Shown here: positions 23,853 through 34,934 of the stretch, piece after piece
Position numbering within the stretch: the stretch's first letter is position 1
How the letters are laid out: every line of letters begins with the position of its first letter
Assembly: GCA_000002445.1 (NCBI GenBank)
Contig: CP000069.1
Coordinates: forward strand, 576,001-640,000
Source: Trypanosoma brucei
Lineage: Eukaryota
Length of the DNA stretch: 64,000 nucleotides
Reading direction: 5' to 3'
The notes under the pieces: generated by a model
Told to the model about the DNA's origin: nothing
Database searches by the model: none
The model's input: only the letters and a program-made list of their open reading frames with translations
Translations under genes and position numbers: made by a program

Positions 23853-26261
23853 AGACGCACAATTGTACCTACAAATCATCAACACCAACAGAAATAGTAA
23901 CAACACTGACACCGACAACAACAACAACAACAACAACAACAACAGGGATGATCATAACGGTAAAGAAACATAAACCAGAAAGAAAACAAAACAAAAAGGA
24001 AGAAGGGGACAAACAACAAATGTGTGAGCCTTGAACATGTTACTCTCTTCCTTATTCACGGGTGGTACAATGTCTTGTTTCTCTTTTTTTTTCTTTTTTA
24101 TTTGCGATTTTTTTTTTAAAAATAAATTTCATTTTATTTACGTGCGATGCTGAGGTTGCCGCTTGCTGCCATCTGCTTAAGTTGCGGTTTAATTATTTTT
24201 CCATACTCTCAGTATCCCTCAAACACACACAATCACACAAATACAGATGATTGTCCTTTTTCCTCTTTTAATTTCCCAAATAAATTACTCTATACAATAC
24301 ATAAATACAAATAAAAATAATATGAATGTTTGAACTTTTCTTTAATTTTGTCTTTTGTAATAAAAATATATATATTTTTTCACCCCCTCCCCCTCTGCTT
24401 TATTTCTTGTCCACTTGATCTCTGTTTATGCATTACTGTTATCAATATTATTTATTCATTTACTTATTTATTTTTCTTGCTTGTAAGTAGTATTTGACAT
24501 TGCTATCACTTACTTACTACATCTATTTGCTCTTTTACTCTTTTACCTTTCACTCTTTCTTTTCTTTCTTTTCTTTTCTTTTCTTTGCTTTGCTTATAAT
24601 TTATTTGTTTTGTTTTAGTGCCCTCCTCTCTCTCTCTCTCTCTCCTTTTTTTAATTTTTTTCTCTTTTTTTTTCGGTCATTAACTTCTTCCTTTTCTTTT
24701 GCCTTAGCATTTTTTTCCCTCCCGCTTTATTATTAGATATATTACATTTATCTCTTGACTTTCATCCATTTGCTCACTTCACCCACTTGTTTATTTTCTC
24801 TCCCTTTCTTTTGTTGGTTTTGTTGGTTCCCATTTTATTCGAATCCACACTCCATTCCATTCCATTCCATTTCTCTTTCCTTTCCCTCCTTTTTTTTTCT
24901 CCTTTTTATTATTATTATTTTAAAATTATTCTTCCTTTCCATCTCATACAAAATACGTCACTTTTCCTCCCCGTCCCAACAACAACAAAAAAAGAAAAAA
25001 AAAAGCACACCTCCGATGAATATATATATATATATATATTTATTTATTTTTATTTATTTATTTATTTATTTTTATTTATTTATAAATATATATATGAAAT
25101 AAAACAAATCAAACAAAAAAAGAATGAACCATGAGAAACATGAAAAATAAAAAATCAAAAGAAAAGATATCATACGCTCCTCTTACTTTCCTCCAAATAT
25201 TTTTTCCTCTCCCGTTGAATAGTGATGTTTTATACTTTTCTTAAAGATAAAAGCGTTAATTCCCTTTTCCTTTTTTCCTTTTTTCTTTCGTTTTTTTTTT
25301 AAATCTCATGTCTTCTCGCCTCCATTCCTTTTTTTCATTTTGTTTGTTTCAATTTTATTCTTTCCTCATCTTGTCATTTATATTTCATATTTCTCTCTCC
25401 TCTTTTTTTTTTGTTTTTACCCCCACACGAATATTCACCACCGACACTTTTATGAGGGAGGGAAAAAAAAAAAGAAAACTCAACTTACAATGAAAGAAAA
25501 TTCCTCACATTGGTTTTTCTTTTTTTTTTTATTTTTTTTTTGGTACATGAGAAATATAAAAGAAAACGATCAGCATCGCCGCCGTGACTCATGTTAAAAA
25601 AAAAGGAAGTAAAAAAAAAAAAGGAAGTGAAAAAAAAAAAGGAGAAAAAAAATGAAAAAATGAGTTCGGCGGAACGAGGACCAATCAGCGAGGAACACAT
25701 ATTCATTATTATGGAATAATTTAGTTTGGTACACACACGAAAAGTAAATAATAAACAAATAACACAAGAAGAAAGAAAAAAAAGAAAAATGAGAACAATA
25801 TTTAAGAAATGGGTATGGATAATTATGGTCACAAAGAAAGCATAAAATATTGAAATGGTATTTTTTTTTTCAAAAAAAAAAAAGCAAGAAAAAAATTCTA
25901 AGGAGAAGCCACTGCTACAAGCAAAAAAAACAAAAGTAGCAATTACGGGAAACAAACAAACAAACAAACGAAAGTAACAAGGAGCATAAAAGAAGAGATG
26001 ATACAAACTCATCTCCACTCCACCCCCACAGAAGGAAGAAGAAGGGAAAATGGAAGAAGGGGAAAATGGAAATGGAAAATGGAACAAGCGGAAAAATAAC
26101 AACAACAACAACAACAACAACAACGCAAAGACACAAATAAGCAAGCACACGAAAGAAACAAAAAGGAAGGTATTAAATGGGACATGGCAGACGTATGGGG
26201 AGAGAGGGAAAGAAAGAAAGAAAGGTAAAGAGACAAAGGAGGAGAATACAGCGCAACTATT

Positions 26262-27410
26262 TTATTTGTTGCTTTGCTCTGCTAGCGACCTGAAAAAGGC
26301 GGCTTCATTGCCCGGGGCCGGACCCCAACCGAAAAAATTCTTTTCCGCTTCAATATCCGTCTCATCACTCATCTCAAAGGCAGTTTGCTCCAATGGTGAC
26401 TTTGTCGAAAGAGTTTTATTCTCGTGAGCCGTCAACAGTGCGTAACGGGCGGCGAGAGCATCTGCGTGAGTTACTTGTGCCATTTGTGCCATTGCCACAT
26501 AAGCTGTGCGAGAAAGATCATGCATGCGAGGATATGGGGCACCAGGAAGGAATGAATGCGCTCCATAAAGGCGGGCGGCGGAAGCGCCATCCGACAACCG
26601 TGCGATGAGGCACGAAACGTTATCTTTGCTTCCACGTCGTATGGCCTCATCACATACACGAGCTGCCGCGACGGCAAGGTCAGGGGATTTGGAAGCTTGT
26701 TCATTAACAAAAGCAGCAACCTCTTCATTTGAGAAATTCCCCTCAAATACACCGTCACAGGCGAGTATGATAATATCACCTTGCCGGCAGGCGTGGGTTG
26801 TAACGTCAGGAACAGCAACAACTTTATGTGACTTGTAGTCATCCAGCGCATCTCGGCGCTTGAAGGATGCATCACCGAAGGAGCGAGACACTGCGAGATC
26901 GCCATCAACACGTCCACTCACTACACAACCTCCACATGCCTCAATGCGCTGACGCTCTTCACCTGCTGTTGGTTTATGATCTTCCGTGACGAATACGAGG
27001 CGACCTCCACGCGCAATAATGGTGCGGGAATCACCTACGTTGCAAATGGTCACATTGTAATCACGTGTAACAATGCAAAAGGTCCCTGTGCTCCCACTAG
27101 CATCACTCTGATTCAGAATGAAGTCGCGATCAAGAGAAACACACACCTTTTCCAACTCCTCCTGCGTGTGTTTACCATTTAATGCCTTCACCTTTTGGGG
27201 AAGGTGGTCGGCAATATATTTACTGCAGCCACTACCATTGTGACCATCAAATATTCCAAGAAGACTCATTTCGCTCTCTACCAACATTACATGGGCGTCT
27301 TCCATGCTCACACGATAGCCGTTGACGCAAGCGGATGCAACTCCAATGTTGTAGTTTCCCGCCCTATCAACGACTTTACTTAAGACCGGTTTCGGTAACA
27401 TAACCCCCAT
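26262..27410 (-). CDS. Protein phosphatase 2C (PPM family)
   Basis: The motifs are MGVMLPKPVLSK...GYRVSMEDAH...GIFDGHNGSGCS...NVGDSRT...ACDGVFE...DN. The track ORF extends to an upstream ATG at 27722, but the extra 104 aa (FFFFFSLLFLHFLSFFLSFFFL...) is the translation of a poly-pyrimidine tract. PP2Cs characteristically begin MGxxLxxPxxxK, so I place the start at 27410 (alternative: 27722). Confidence 0.8.
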   Translation of the reverse strand: MGVMLPKPVLSKVVDRAGNYNIGVASACVNGYRVSMEDAHVMLVESEMSLLGIFDGHNGSGCSKYIADHLPQKVKALNGKHTQEELEKVCVSLDRDFILNQSDASGSTGTFCIVTRDYNVTICNVGDSRTIIARGGRLVFVTEDHKPTAGEERQRIEACGGCVVSGRVDGDLAVSRSFGDASFKRRDALDDYKSHKVVAVPDVTTHACRQGDIIILACDGVFEGNFSNEEVAAFVNEQASKSPDLAVAAARVCDEAIRRGSKDNVSCLIARLSDGASAARLYGAHSFLPGAPYPRMHDLSRTAYVAMAQMAQVTHADALAARYALLTAHENKTLSTKSPLEQTAFEMSDETDIEAEKNFFGWGPAPGNEAAFFRSLAEQSNK

Positions 27411-28124
27411 CTTTGACTGCGCAAAGAAGTACAACGACCGAAATCGAAACAGACAAAGCAAAGGAGCACAAATTCCTATTAGAACGAACACCGTGGTGGC
27501 GTTGATGGGAGCTTCATTGATTACAAGAAAAAAAAAAGAAAGAAAGAACGAAAGAAAATGGAGGAAAAGAAGAGAGAAAAAAAAGAAGAAAGAGGTGATA
27601 CGCAGCAAATGCAACAAACAAACAAACAAACAAACAACTAGCATATGTGAAAACGCACACTGAAGCGCGAGAACCACAGCGTTCTCCTCGTTTTCCAACC
27701 AGCACCCCTTCAACTGTGCCATGCAATTAGTTTAAGTACGTGCAGCTATGAATCAACCTCCTTTTGGTAGCCCGCTCAATCCAACACGAAGTCATATACC
27801 AACGGCAACAGTAAAGTGTACAGAAAACACAAACCTCACAACCAAACGGGGTAAATATATAAATATATATAAAGGTATTTTCTAACAACAGCGGTATATC
27901 AAACTCCCTCACACACATACGTGCAAGCATGCGTCATACTTTTTTTTTTTTAAAGACCCTTTCCCCATCTCTTCCGCACACTATTCTCATCGTATTTGCT
28001 TTCATATTTTCCTTCATTACATGCGCTTTCCACTCAAGCACACATTACCTCAGACACACTTATTACCGCATTGAAGCAAATTTCCCATAAATTCATGTGA
28101 TGGACTAAAGGGAAGATGAAATCT

Positions 28125-28158
<34 letters not shown>

Positions 28159-29393
28159 TTATTTATTTATTTATTTATTTATATTCGCAGACAAGTGAAA
28201 TCATGCATAAATACAAAATATATATATACACAAAGAAAGCGCGAAAAACAACAACAACAACAACACAAATGACAGGAAGTGCACCCCTTTAAGCAGACAC
28301 GCTCATAGACAGGCAGATACGCACGTGCACTTTGGGGGTAGGGTTGGAGTTAGGGAGATGAACGTTAGGATTACGAACAGAGAACCAAATTAAGAGGAGG
28401 AGAAAAATAAGAAAAAAAAAGACCAGAAGTAAAAATAGAAAAGTAAAAATGAGTTTATTTCAAACCCTCCTTTCAAAACCCCGCACTCTGCCGTGTGCAC
28501 ATACCCGAATGTGGCTACGTTGCGGCGACTAGATTTAGAAATGCATATATCAATATATGCAGTGGGAGACCAAAGGAGTAGGATGAAAGGGCAAAAAAAA
28601 AAAAGACAATAAATAAAGAAAAAGAAACCGGTAACTGACACAAAAACAAAAGAACAAGAGCACATATTCACTCTCAAACTATCTTCTGCCTCACCGGTTT
28701 AAGATAATAACACTGATATTTATCCTTCAATCTCTCCTCACTTGCTTGCATTGCACACATTCACATGTGGTTTAAACCTAATACTCCACATATGGAGTCT
28801 TGAACATGTGTACATGTGCGGTCAAGCGGTGGGAAACTGTGAGGAGCAATCACCAACGAGCGTTAGATACCTTTTTTTCTTCTATTTTTTTTTTAAATGC
28901 TTTTCTGCGTACCCTTTCAAAGGTATGAGTTCACTCATATAAATATAAATATATATACAGGTATATATGCATGTATACGTGCTCTTTTTGTTCGCTGACT
29001 TGCATCGAAGTTGTCGCTATAGCGCCAAGCATGAGGATGACGAAACTATCGAACCGCTATTCAAACATATGGCGGGTCAAACGGTGCAAAACAACGACTA
29101 CGACAAACACCATTTATGAGAGGAGCTTTCACCTCAAATCACTCGGTCCGATTGGGAACGGAGGAAAAAAAAAAGTGAAACAAGGCGTTGAGGCACGAAA
29201 CCACCTACACGTGCAGATATACGCGGACAACCTTTTCTCCCCCAAGAAGATACGGAACTAGCGGGGGGGGGCGAAGAGGTAAATAAGCACGGCGGTTTCT
29301 TGCATTCAGTTAGCGAAGCACAAGAGCAAAATAATGGGGGAGGGGGAAAGGAGGACACCAAAGTCCAAACATACGCTACTTCAAACTTATTTA

Positions 29394-30635
29394 TCAATCT
29401 TTTCTCTCTAACAGCAAATCATTTGGATCATAAAACCATGGTTTTGTAACCCTGACAGGTGCTAGGGATGCAGATAGCGGACGGCTGGGAGCTTCATCTA
29501 TTGGTTCCTCCTCATCCCCTGATCCCTCGAGACCGTGCACCTCATCGCTGGTTGAAGAATTTCCCCCATCATCAACACTGACATCACCACTACCGCCAAC
29601 ACCACTATTATTATCATTATCATCACCGTCTCTCTCAGGTGATGACGAAACATCGCCTGAATCCACTCGTGGAATATATTCCCTGGGCACACGATTCGTT
29701 GCATCTTGCATTAAGTGTGCTACCGGGCGTCCATTTTCCCGCTTGAGAACGAGGTAGAGCGAGAAGAAACCTTTAATAGTGTTTCTCACATCTTCGCCGC
29801 GTTCATCATTATGTCCTCCATCCACTAAATGATGTAAACATGGACCCATAAAGTAGTTACTCACATCAATTGAATTCCGTGGGAAGACGAAATCATCCTC
29901 CCTGCCGTGAAATATGAACGCAGGAACGGTGCACTCCGAAGCGTACTTTAACGTATCCAAATCATCAATATTAAAAGCCGCACGCGCGGCGATGCGTTTG
30001 CGCATGCGATTCACAATTTTGTTTATGAGTGAACTAGGAAATCGCTTGGAGCCGTGCTGCTTCACCAAATCATTTACAAGACTCCGCAGCGTAGAAAAGG
30101 GCGAGTCGCAAACGATACATTTGATGGAGTTATCTTTTGATGCATACATGATGGAGGTGACGGCTCCCATACTACGGCCCCAGAGCCCAATGCCATCCAC
30201 TTCCTCCTGATCCTCAAGGTAGTCCACAACCGCGGCGAGATCCTGTCGTTCATAGAAACCAAGTGATATGTATTCCCCATCCGATAATCCACTACCCGCT
30301 GCATCAAAGCAAAACAAACTGTACCCTTCCTTAAGCAGAAAGAGTGCCTCTAATGCGTCGTAACGTGAACCACAGTTGCCATGAATATAGACAATACACG
30401 GTTGTTTTTCATTACTTAAGGTACGAAACCATGAACATTGCAAGGTTAGCCCCCGCATGTTCTCTATCGTTAGGTCCGTGCGTTTGTACCGCTGAGGATC
30501 ATCGGCGTCAAGGCGGAAAATCGTTGGACCCAAATCTGTTCGAGGATCATATACTGCTCGCTGTGGGCGTATAATAAGATCGCAAATACTGTTAAAAATA
30601 CCTTTTCCCGACACTAGGTAACGTATCGTATTCAT
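29394..30635 (-). CDS. Alpha/beta-hydrolase fold protein (serine hydrolase; BEM46/ABHD-like) with an acidic, Ser/Asp-rich C-terminal tail
   Basis: The start is ATG. The nucleophile elbow is GLWGRSMGA. Downstream are candidate catalytic Asp and His (FHGREDDFV...GGHND). The low-complexity tail is DDNDNNSGVGGSGDVSVDDGGNSS. Confidence 0.75.
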   Translation of the reverse strand: MNTIRYLVSGKGIFNSICDLIIRPQRAVYDPRTDLGPTIFRLDADDPQRYKRTDLTIENMRGLTLQCSWFRTLSNEKQPCIVYIHGNCGSRYDALEALFLLKEGYSLFCFDAAGSGLSDGEYISLGFYERQDLAAVVDYLEDQEEVDGIGLWGRSMGAVTSIMYASKDNSIKCIVCDSPFSTLRSLVNDLVKQHGSKRFPSSLINKIVNRMRKRIAARAAFNIDDLDTLKYASECTVPAFIFHGREDDFVFPRNSIDVSNYFMGPCLHHLVDGGHNDERGEDVRNTIKGFFSLYLVLKRENGRPVAHLMQDATNRVPREYIPRVDSGDVSSSPERDGDDNDNNSGVGGSGDVSVDDGGNSSTSDEVHGLEGSGDEEEPIDEAPSRPLSASLAPVRVTKPWFYDPNDLLLERKD

Positions 30636-31177
30636 AGCAGATGCTATTCTAGCTTAACTTGTTTTGCCCCTCTTTTCCTTGAAATTTACCCCTTTAGTGT
30701 ACGGTAACCGCTAATTTTTAAGGGTGTAGATTCTAAGGAAAAGTATGTTGGGCCTGATAATGTTGTCCACGTCCTCTCCCTTCGCCCAACGCCAAAACAA
30801 AAGAAAGGAAAAGAGAGAAAACTAATGTCAGGATGCAGGAAGAAGCGTAAGCACGGTTTGGTTTTCTTGAATTTGCCTACAGAAAAGGGAAAAAGGAAAT
30901 ATGAGGGGGGAGGCAGAGGACTAGGCAGGGCAAATGTGTGAAACTTGAGGCCAAATACCACAAAAAGAAATTAGAAAACAAATACACATAGAGAAAAGTA
31001 AAACAAGAACAGATTTTGAATTAAGTGAAGGTTTCCTTCCCCTTTTTCCAGCATTCCCCTCTTTTGTTAATAGATTGAACATGGTTACAGGAACGAATTA
31101 GCATGAGCGAGTTATAAAGAACGAAATAAAGAGAGCAATAATGTTGCTCGATTGCGGAAAGTAACACTTTCCCTCAC

Positions 31178-31780
31178 TCATAATCGGACATACGTCACCC
31201 ACGATGTGAAGAAGTTCCTCACAGGTGACAATCTAAACATCAGCCAGCGCAACACTCTTTCCAGTGTAGGCGTGGTGGAAGCGTATGCATTTATCACGCC
31301 AACAGCAGCTCCTACAATCACCTGATCAGTGGAATGATAAGAGTTGTACACACGGCCACATGCAACAACTGTAGCTGATACTAGGAAGAATAGCCACATG
31401 CCCCATGAAACGGGTATATGGTTCGCGCTCGCTTTGCGCAACAGCCATGTAATGAAGAAAAACATAAACTGTGAGTGATTGCTCGGCATGCCATAATTAC
31501 TCGACGAGCTCATTGGTACCATTATGTACATGCTACTTATCGGCCGCGGGCCCTTAATGAAAGCCTTCAGGAAAGTGTTCAGTGCCGTGTTCTGGCACAA
31601 CCCAACGAGTAGCAGCAGCGCGGCATCTCTTTGATGAGAAGTCGAGGAACTTGCGAGCCCCGCAATGAATATGACAATAATAGAAGGGAGCAAAGAGGAT
31701 AAAGCAAACACAAAGCTTATGGTGTCCCCTGCATCGTAGACCACCGTACTAGCTGCCCAAGTAATCCAGTTGGCGTGCAT
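31178..31780 (-). CDS. PAP2-superfamily phosphatase, dolichyldiphosphatase (DOLPP1/CWH8)-like
   Basis: The PAP2 motifs are KAFIKGPRP (KxxxxxxRP), YGMPSNHSQF (PSGH) and CGRVYNSYHSTDQV (SRxxxxxHxxxD). It is collinear with human DOLPP1. The track start at 31990 is GTG and the only ATG in the 5' part is at 31780 (MHANWITWAAS...). Confidence 0.75.
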   Translation of the reverse strand: MHANWITWAASTVVYDAGDTISFVFALSSLLPSIIVIFIAGLASSSTSHQRDAALLLLVGLCQNTALNTFLKAFIKGPRPISSMYIMVPMSSSSNYGMPSNHSQFMFFFITWLLRKASANHIPVSWGMWLFFLVSATVVACGRVYNSYHSTDQVIVGAAVGVINAYASTTPTLERVLRWLMFRLSPVRNFFTSWVTYVRL

Positions 31781-32228
31781 CGCTTTTCTCGGAGGCAACG
31801 AGCAACAAGCAGTGTAGAGGTTAAATCTAACGAGACGATGTAAAGGTGTAAAGAAGAGAAACGATTCGACTACAATATGTTTCACCCTTCGGCAAATGCG
31901 GAGGGCTTGCTGTTGTTTTCGTTTTACTAAAAGAGAGCATAACAAAAAGAGAAGGAGGGAGAAGTGGAGAGAGCTATCGTCTGAAGCCACGCAAAGTCAA
32001 ACTACCAACAGCGGAAGGTGCACGAACCCCGGTACTCAAAAACGTGGCGGAGCAAAGAACAGTAAATGAGTGGGGATGAGACGCTACAGAGGGGGCATTT
32101 CATTAATCCGTCACCCCCTCACAACAGCGTGCACAATATTCCGCATTTGTGCCGTTTTGCCTTTTCCCCTTCGGTGTTACTGTCGTTTCACCCTTTTCAC
32201 GACTTACCTTCCTTCATACGCAGTACTG

Positions 32229-33557
32229 TTATTGTTGCCTATTCATCTCAAAAACATCATCCTCTTCACCACGTTCCTTCTCTTCCATGGCGCCGGGGAT
32301 GTTGCGGTGCCAATACTTCACCTCTGAAGAACAAGAAGCGAGCAAGTTACCAAGTGGACTCCATGCAATGGCATTGATCGGGTTGGCGACATCGCGGAAT
32401 CGGTCGTGCGCGCTCTCCACCAATGCCGCGTTGTGAATCACCACGAGCACGCCGTCCTGCCGTGCAGTCCCCTCACAGCCGTCAACCATCCAGTACATGA
32501 TGCTTCCATCCGCACCTGCACTTACAAAAAGGTCCGGCACATGTGGGTGCCACTCCACTCGTTCCACTGACTTGGAGTGGGCTTCGTAGGAGGCTACTTC
32601 CTGTACCATTCGAATATCCCAGAGTTTTAAAGTACAGTCCTTGGAAGCAGAAAGCAACATGGTTCCGCTGGGATTCCAACGCACACAATTAACAGACTGA
32701 GCGTGTCCCTGCAGCGCCGCAATGCTGCCACGAGATGCCGTACGCGGGTCCCATAACCTACAGTCGCGATCCTGGCTTCCAGTCAAAATTAGTGAGTGAT
32801 AAGGGTGCCAGTCCACACTTACAACATCGCCACCATGCCCCTCTAACTTCATCTCCTCCCGTGCCTGTTGAGGGTTTGTACCCACGGCGTTGGTGTCCCA
32901 CACACGAGCTGAACCATCTTGCCCGCAGCTACAGAATTTCCCCTCCAGTGGGGCCCACGTCAACTCCCGAACAGCCCTGTGATGCGAATTGAACTCCGCC
33001 ACCAGAACAAAGTTGGAGAGCCACAGCTTCACCATACCGGCATCATCACCGCTAATGATCAAATCACTATTGTTTCCCCATGTAATAGCTCGACATGGGC
33101 GGTGATCCTCATGTGCCACGGTTTTGACCTCCACACCAAAAGAATGACCGTTGAACAGCAAAAACTCACCGCGTCCAGTGGAGCACAGCAAACGTCGGCC
33201 ATTCGGCGCCCATTTTAGATTCAAGAGCCCCTGGCGCGAGAGGCCGCCGCGGCTATCGGGGTGATATGAAGTGCTGACCCATTGAGTGCAGAGTGCTGTG
33301 CTGGGATTAAAGGGGGTCCGAAAAGCAGGCAGCATATCCTTAGAACAGTATGGATGCGGGTCGACATGATAACCGTACGGTGTGTTGCGATGCTGCAGCC
33401 GCGTTGTCACATACTGGATGGCTGAGGAGTAAAAATCAACGGAACGCTGACCATGGGTTTTCCTTCGCGGTACATAGTCATCATACTCCTGTCCACGGAA
33501 TTTTTGACGAGGTTGCTGCTGCGTTCGGGTGGTACTGCGCTCCGTCTCAAACTCCAT
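32229..33557 (-). CDS. PFS2: WD40-repeat subunit of the cleavage/polyadenylation machinery (PFS2 / WDR33 homologue)
   Basis: The start is ATG. It is collinear with WDR33: an N-terminal R..VDFYSSAIQYV..R block, then WD repeats (GEFLLFNGHSFG..., VKLWLSNF..., ARVWD..., CRLWDPRT..., LKLWDIRM..., GSIMYWMV). The family is high confidence; the specific PFS2 identity is moderate. Confidence 0.75.
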   Translation of the reverse strand: MEFETERSTTRTQQQPRQKFRGQEYDDYVPRRKTHGQRSVDFYSSAIQYVTTRLQHRNTPYGYHVDPHPYCSKDMLPAFRTPFNPSTALCTQWVSTSYHPDSRGGLSRQGLLNLKWAPNGRRLLCSTGRGEFLLFNGHSFGVEVKTVAHEDHRPCRAITWGNNSDLIISGDDAGMVKLWLSNFVLVAEFNSHHRAVRELTWAPLEGKFCSCGQDGSARVWDTNAVGTNPQQAREEMKLEGHGGDVVSVDWHPYHSLILTGSQDRDCRLWDPRTASRGSIAALQGHAQSVNCVRWNPSGTMLLSASKDCTLKLWDIRMVQEVASYEAHSKSVERVEWHPHVPDLFVSAGADGSIMYWMVDGCEGTARQDGVLVVIHNAALVESAHDRFRDVANPINAIAWSPLGNLLASCSSEVKYWHRNIPGAMEEKERGEEDDVFEMNRQQ

Positions 33558-33899
33558 CGCCCAGATCGTGAACTACGAAATCAAGGAAGACGCGATTCCC
33601 TCCCCCTTTCTCCAAATCCAACACCAGCGCTAGCCTTGCTGCCGGTTCTCCTCTGTGTCCAGTAGTATGTAACATTACAAAATGTGTGTTTAGGTTAATT
33701 TAGGGGAAAAGTAAACAAGCGGGTGGGTGCGGAGACCAATAAAACAGAAGGGAATAGGGTCAGTAGCAAGCAGCTTCCTTCAAAGGAACATAAGTAAAAC
33801 CAACAAGAATGATGCCGATAACGGTAAACAACTGCAATGCAACAACAAGTAACGAACTCTCGGCGTGTCCAACAAGTACAAACTTGTCACGATTGCTGC

Positions 33900-34934
33900 T
33901 CAGCAGGATGCCAGCAGCGCATGGCAGGTTGAACGCTGGACTGAAACTGTTGACCCTGGAAACACTTGCACCGCCTCGCCGTCCAGCATCATTACCGCGC
34001 CAGACCTTCCGCCAGCACCTTCACGAGCAGCATGGAGGGTAAACTCCAACCCTGTTACATCAACTGACTCACCAACACCATCTTCATTAAGAACTACACC
34101 TTCTATGGCCTCACGACTTAAAAGATGCCAAAGGCGCATCCGCGTTGCTTCATGGGTAGCATGCGTGACACACATCGATCCCCGCTTAAATGTAGCATTT
34201 GGAGTAAGTGTGTAGTGGCGGTGTTGAAAAGGCATCTGCGAGGCTAACAGCATCTTCATTGGACTCTGAATAAGAACGTGTGACCTTCCCAGGGCTCCTG
34301 GTGCATCCTTCTTTCCTTTTCCTCCTCTTGTACAGCATGTCAGGGTAGCGCTACACGAAATTGTCTCATTGCGCATTGCTGTATAAAACGCCCCCAACCT
34401 GTACTTCCCCCGAACCATTGGAAGCGAAATGTAATTGTCCCCAACAGCATCTAACTCATGCAGTCGCTTAACGCACATTGCATAAGTACCGACAGCGAGG
34501 TAGGAGGCCACATACCGAGTGAGCGCGCCATTAATCCGTACCTCCCAGAGGGGCACCTGCTCCACGCGACCAAGCACGAAGGCAGAAACGGAACGTTCCG
34601 CAGAGAAAATACCCAGAGAAGCTGCAACTGAGTTTTGCAACCCACACGGCACCAGGACTATGGGAGCAGCGGCCAGTGGATGATTTGGAGTTGCCGCCAG
34701 TACATTGACAACAGAGCTTAGTGTGCCATCACCACCACACACAATGATGGCATCAGTACCACCCGCATGGCGTTCCATGGCGCAGATAATATCTTTCTCG
34801 GGCACACACACGTCGTGGTGCACAATTCCTGCGTTATCAAGGTACTGTCGCAAAGCACTTGCGAAAACAGAAAGACCCTCGCGAGCTCCACTTCGGGTGT
34901 TAACGATAGCCAGGCAGCGTTTGAAACGGCTCAT
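33900..34934 (-). CDS. Lipid kinase with a diacylglycerol-kinase catalytic (DAGKc) domain (sphingosine/ceramide/acylglycerol-kinase-like)
   Basis: The start is ATG. The block IVNTRSGAREG...IIVCGGDGTLSSVVNVL is the DAGKc nucleotide-binding signature. The size (344 aa) suggests a minimal YegS/LCB5-type enzyme. Confidence 0.7.
   Translation of the reverse strand: MSRFKRCLAIVNTRSGAREGLSVFASALRQYLDNAGIVHHDVCVPEKDIICAMERHAGGTDAIIVCGGDGTLSSVVNVLAATPNHPLAAAPIVLVPCGLQNSVAASLGIFSAERSVSAFVLGRVEQVPLWEVRINGALTRYVASYLAVGTYAMCVKRLHELDAVGDNYISLPMVRGKYRLGAFYTAMRNETISCSATLTCCTRGGKGKKDAPGALGRSHVLIQSPMKMLLASQMPFQHRHYTLTPNATFKRGSMCVTHATHEATRMRLWHLLSREAIEGVVLNEDGVGESVDVTGLEFTLHAAREGAGGRSGAVMMLDGEAVQVFPGSTVSVQRSTCHALLASC

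Larger units (their letters stand above)
19675..26261. other. Gene-free low-complexity region of 6.6 kb (microsatellites, homopolymer runs, alternating polypurine/polypyrimidine blocks) inside the unidirectional cluster
   Basis: The only six-frame ORFs here translate to low-complexity peptides (poly-F/L/C/K). It contains (TA)n at 21489..21534, (CA)n at 23791..23810, (CAAA)n at 23824..23852, (ACA)n at 23915..23944, (CT)n at about 24627..24650, (ATTT)n at about 25040..25080 and (AAC)n at 26088..26114. Confidence 0.8.

Noticed and set aside
25485-26150. 221-aa ORF on the minus strand (MCLLICVFALLLLLLLLLFFRLFHF...) and other ORFs of 60-130 aa between 19.7 and 26.3 kb; likewise 11017..11655(+), 16661..17070(+) and 56511..56930(-)
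   Set aside because: The translations are homopolymeric or low-complexity (poly-F/L/C/K) and are produced by poly-purine/pyrimidine and microsatellite DNA. They have no domain and no plausible start context. The two plus-strand examples also conflict with the transcription polarity.
19675-26261. Centromere or strand-switch region in the 6.6-kb gene-free interval
   Set aside because: Genes on both sides are on the same (minus) strand, so this is not a divergent or convergent switch. The composition is mixed microsatellite, not the higher-order AT-rich satellite expected of trypanosome centromeres. A head-to-tail transcription boundary remains possible (see findings).
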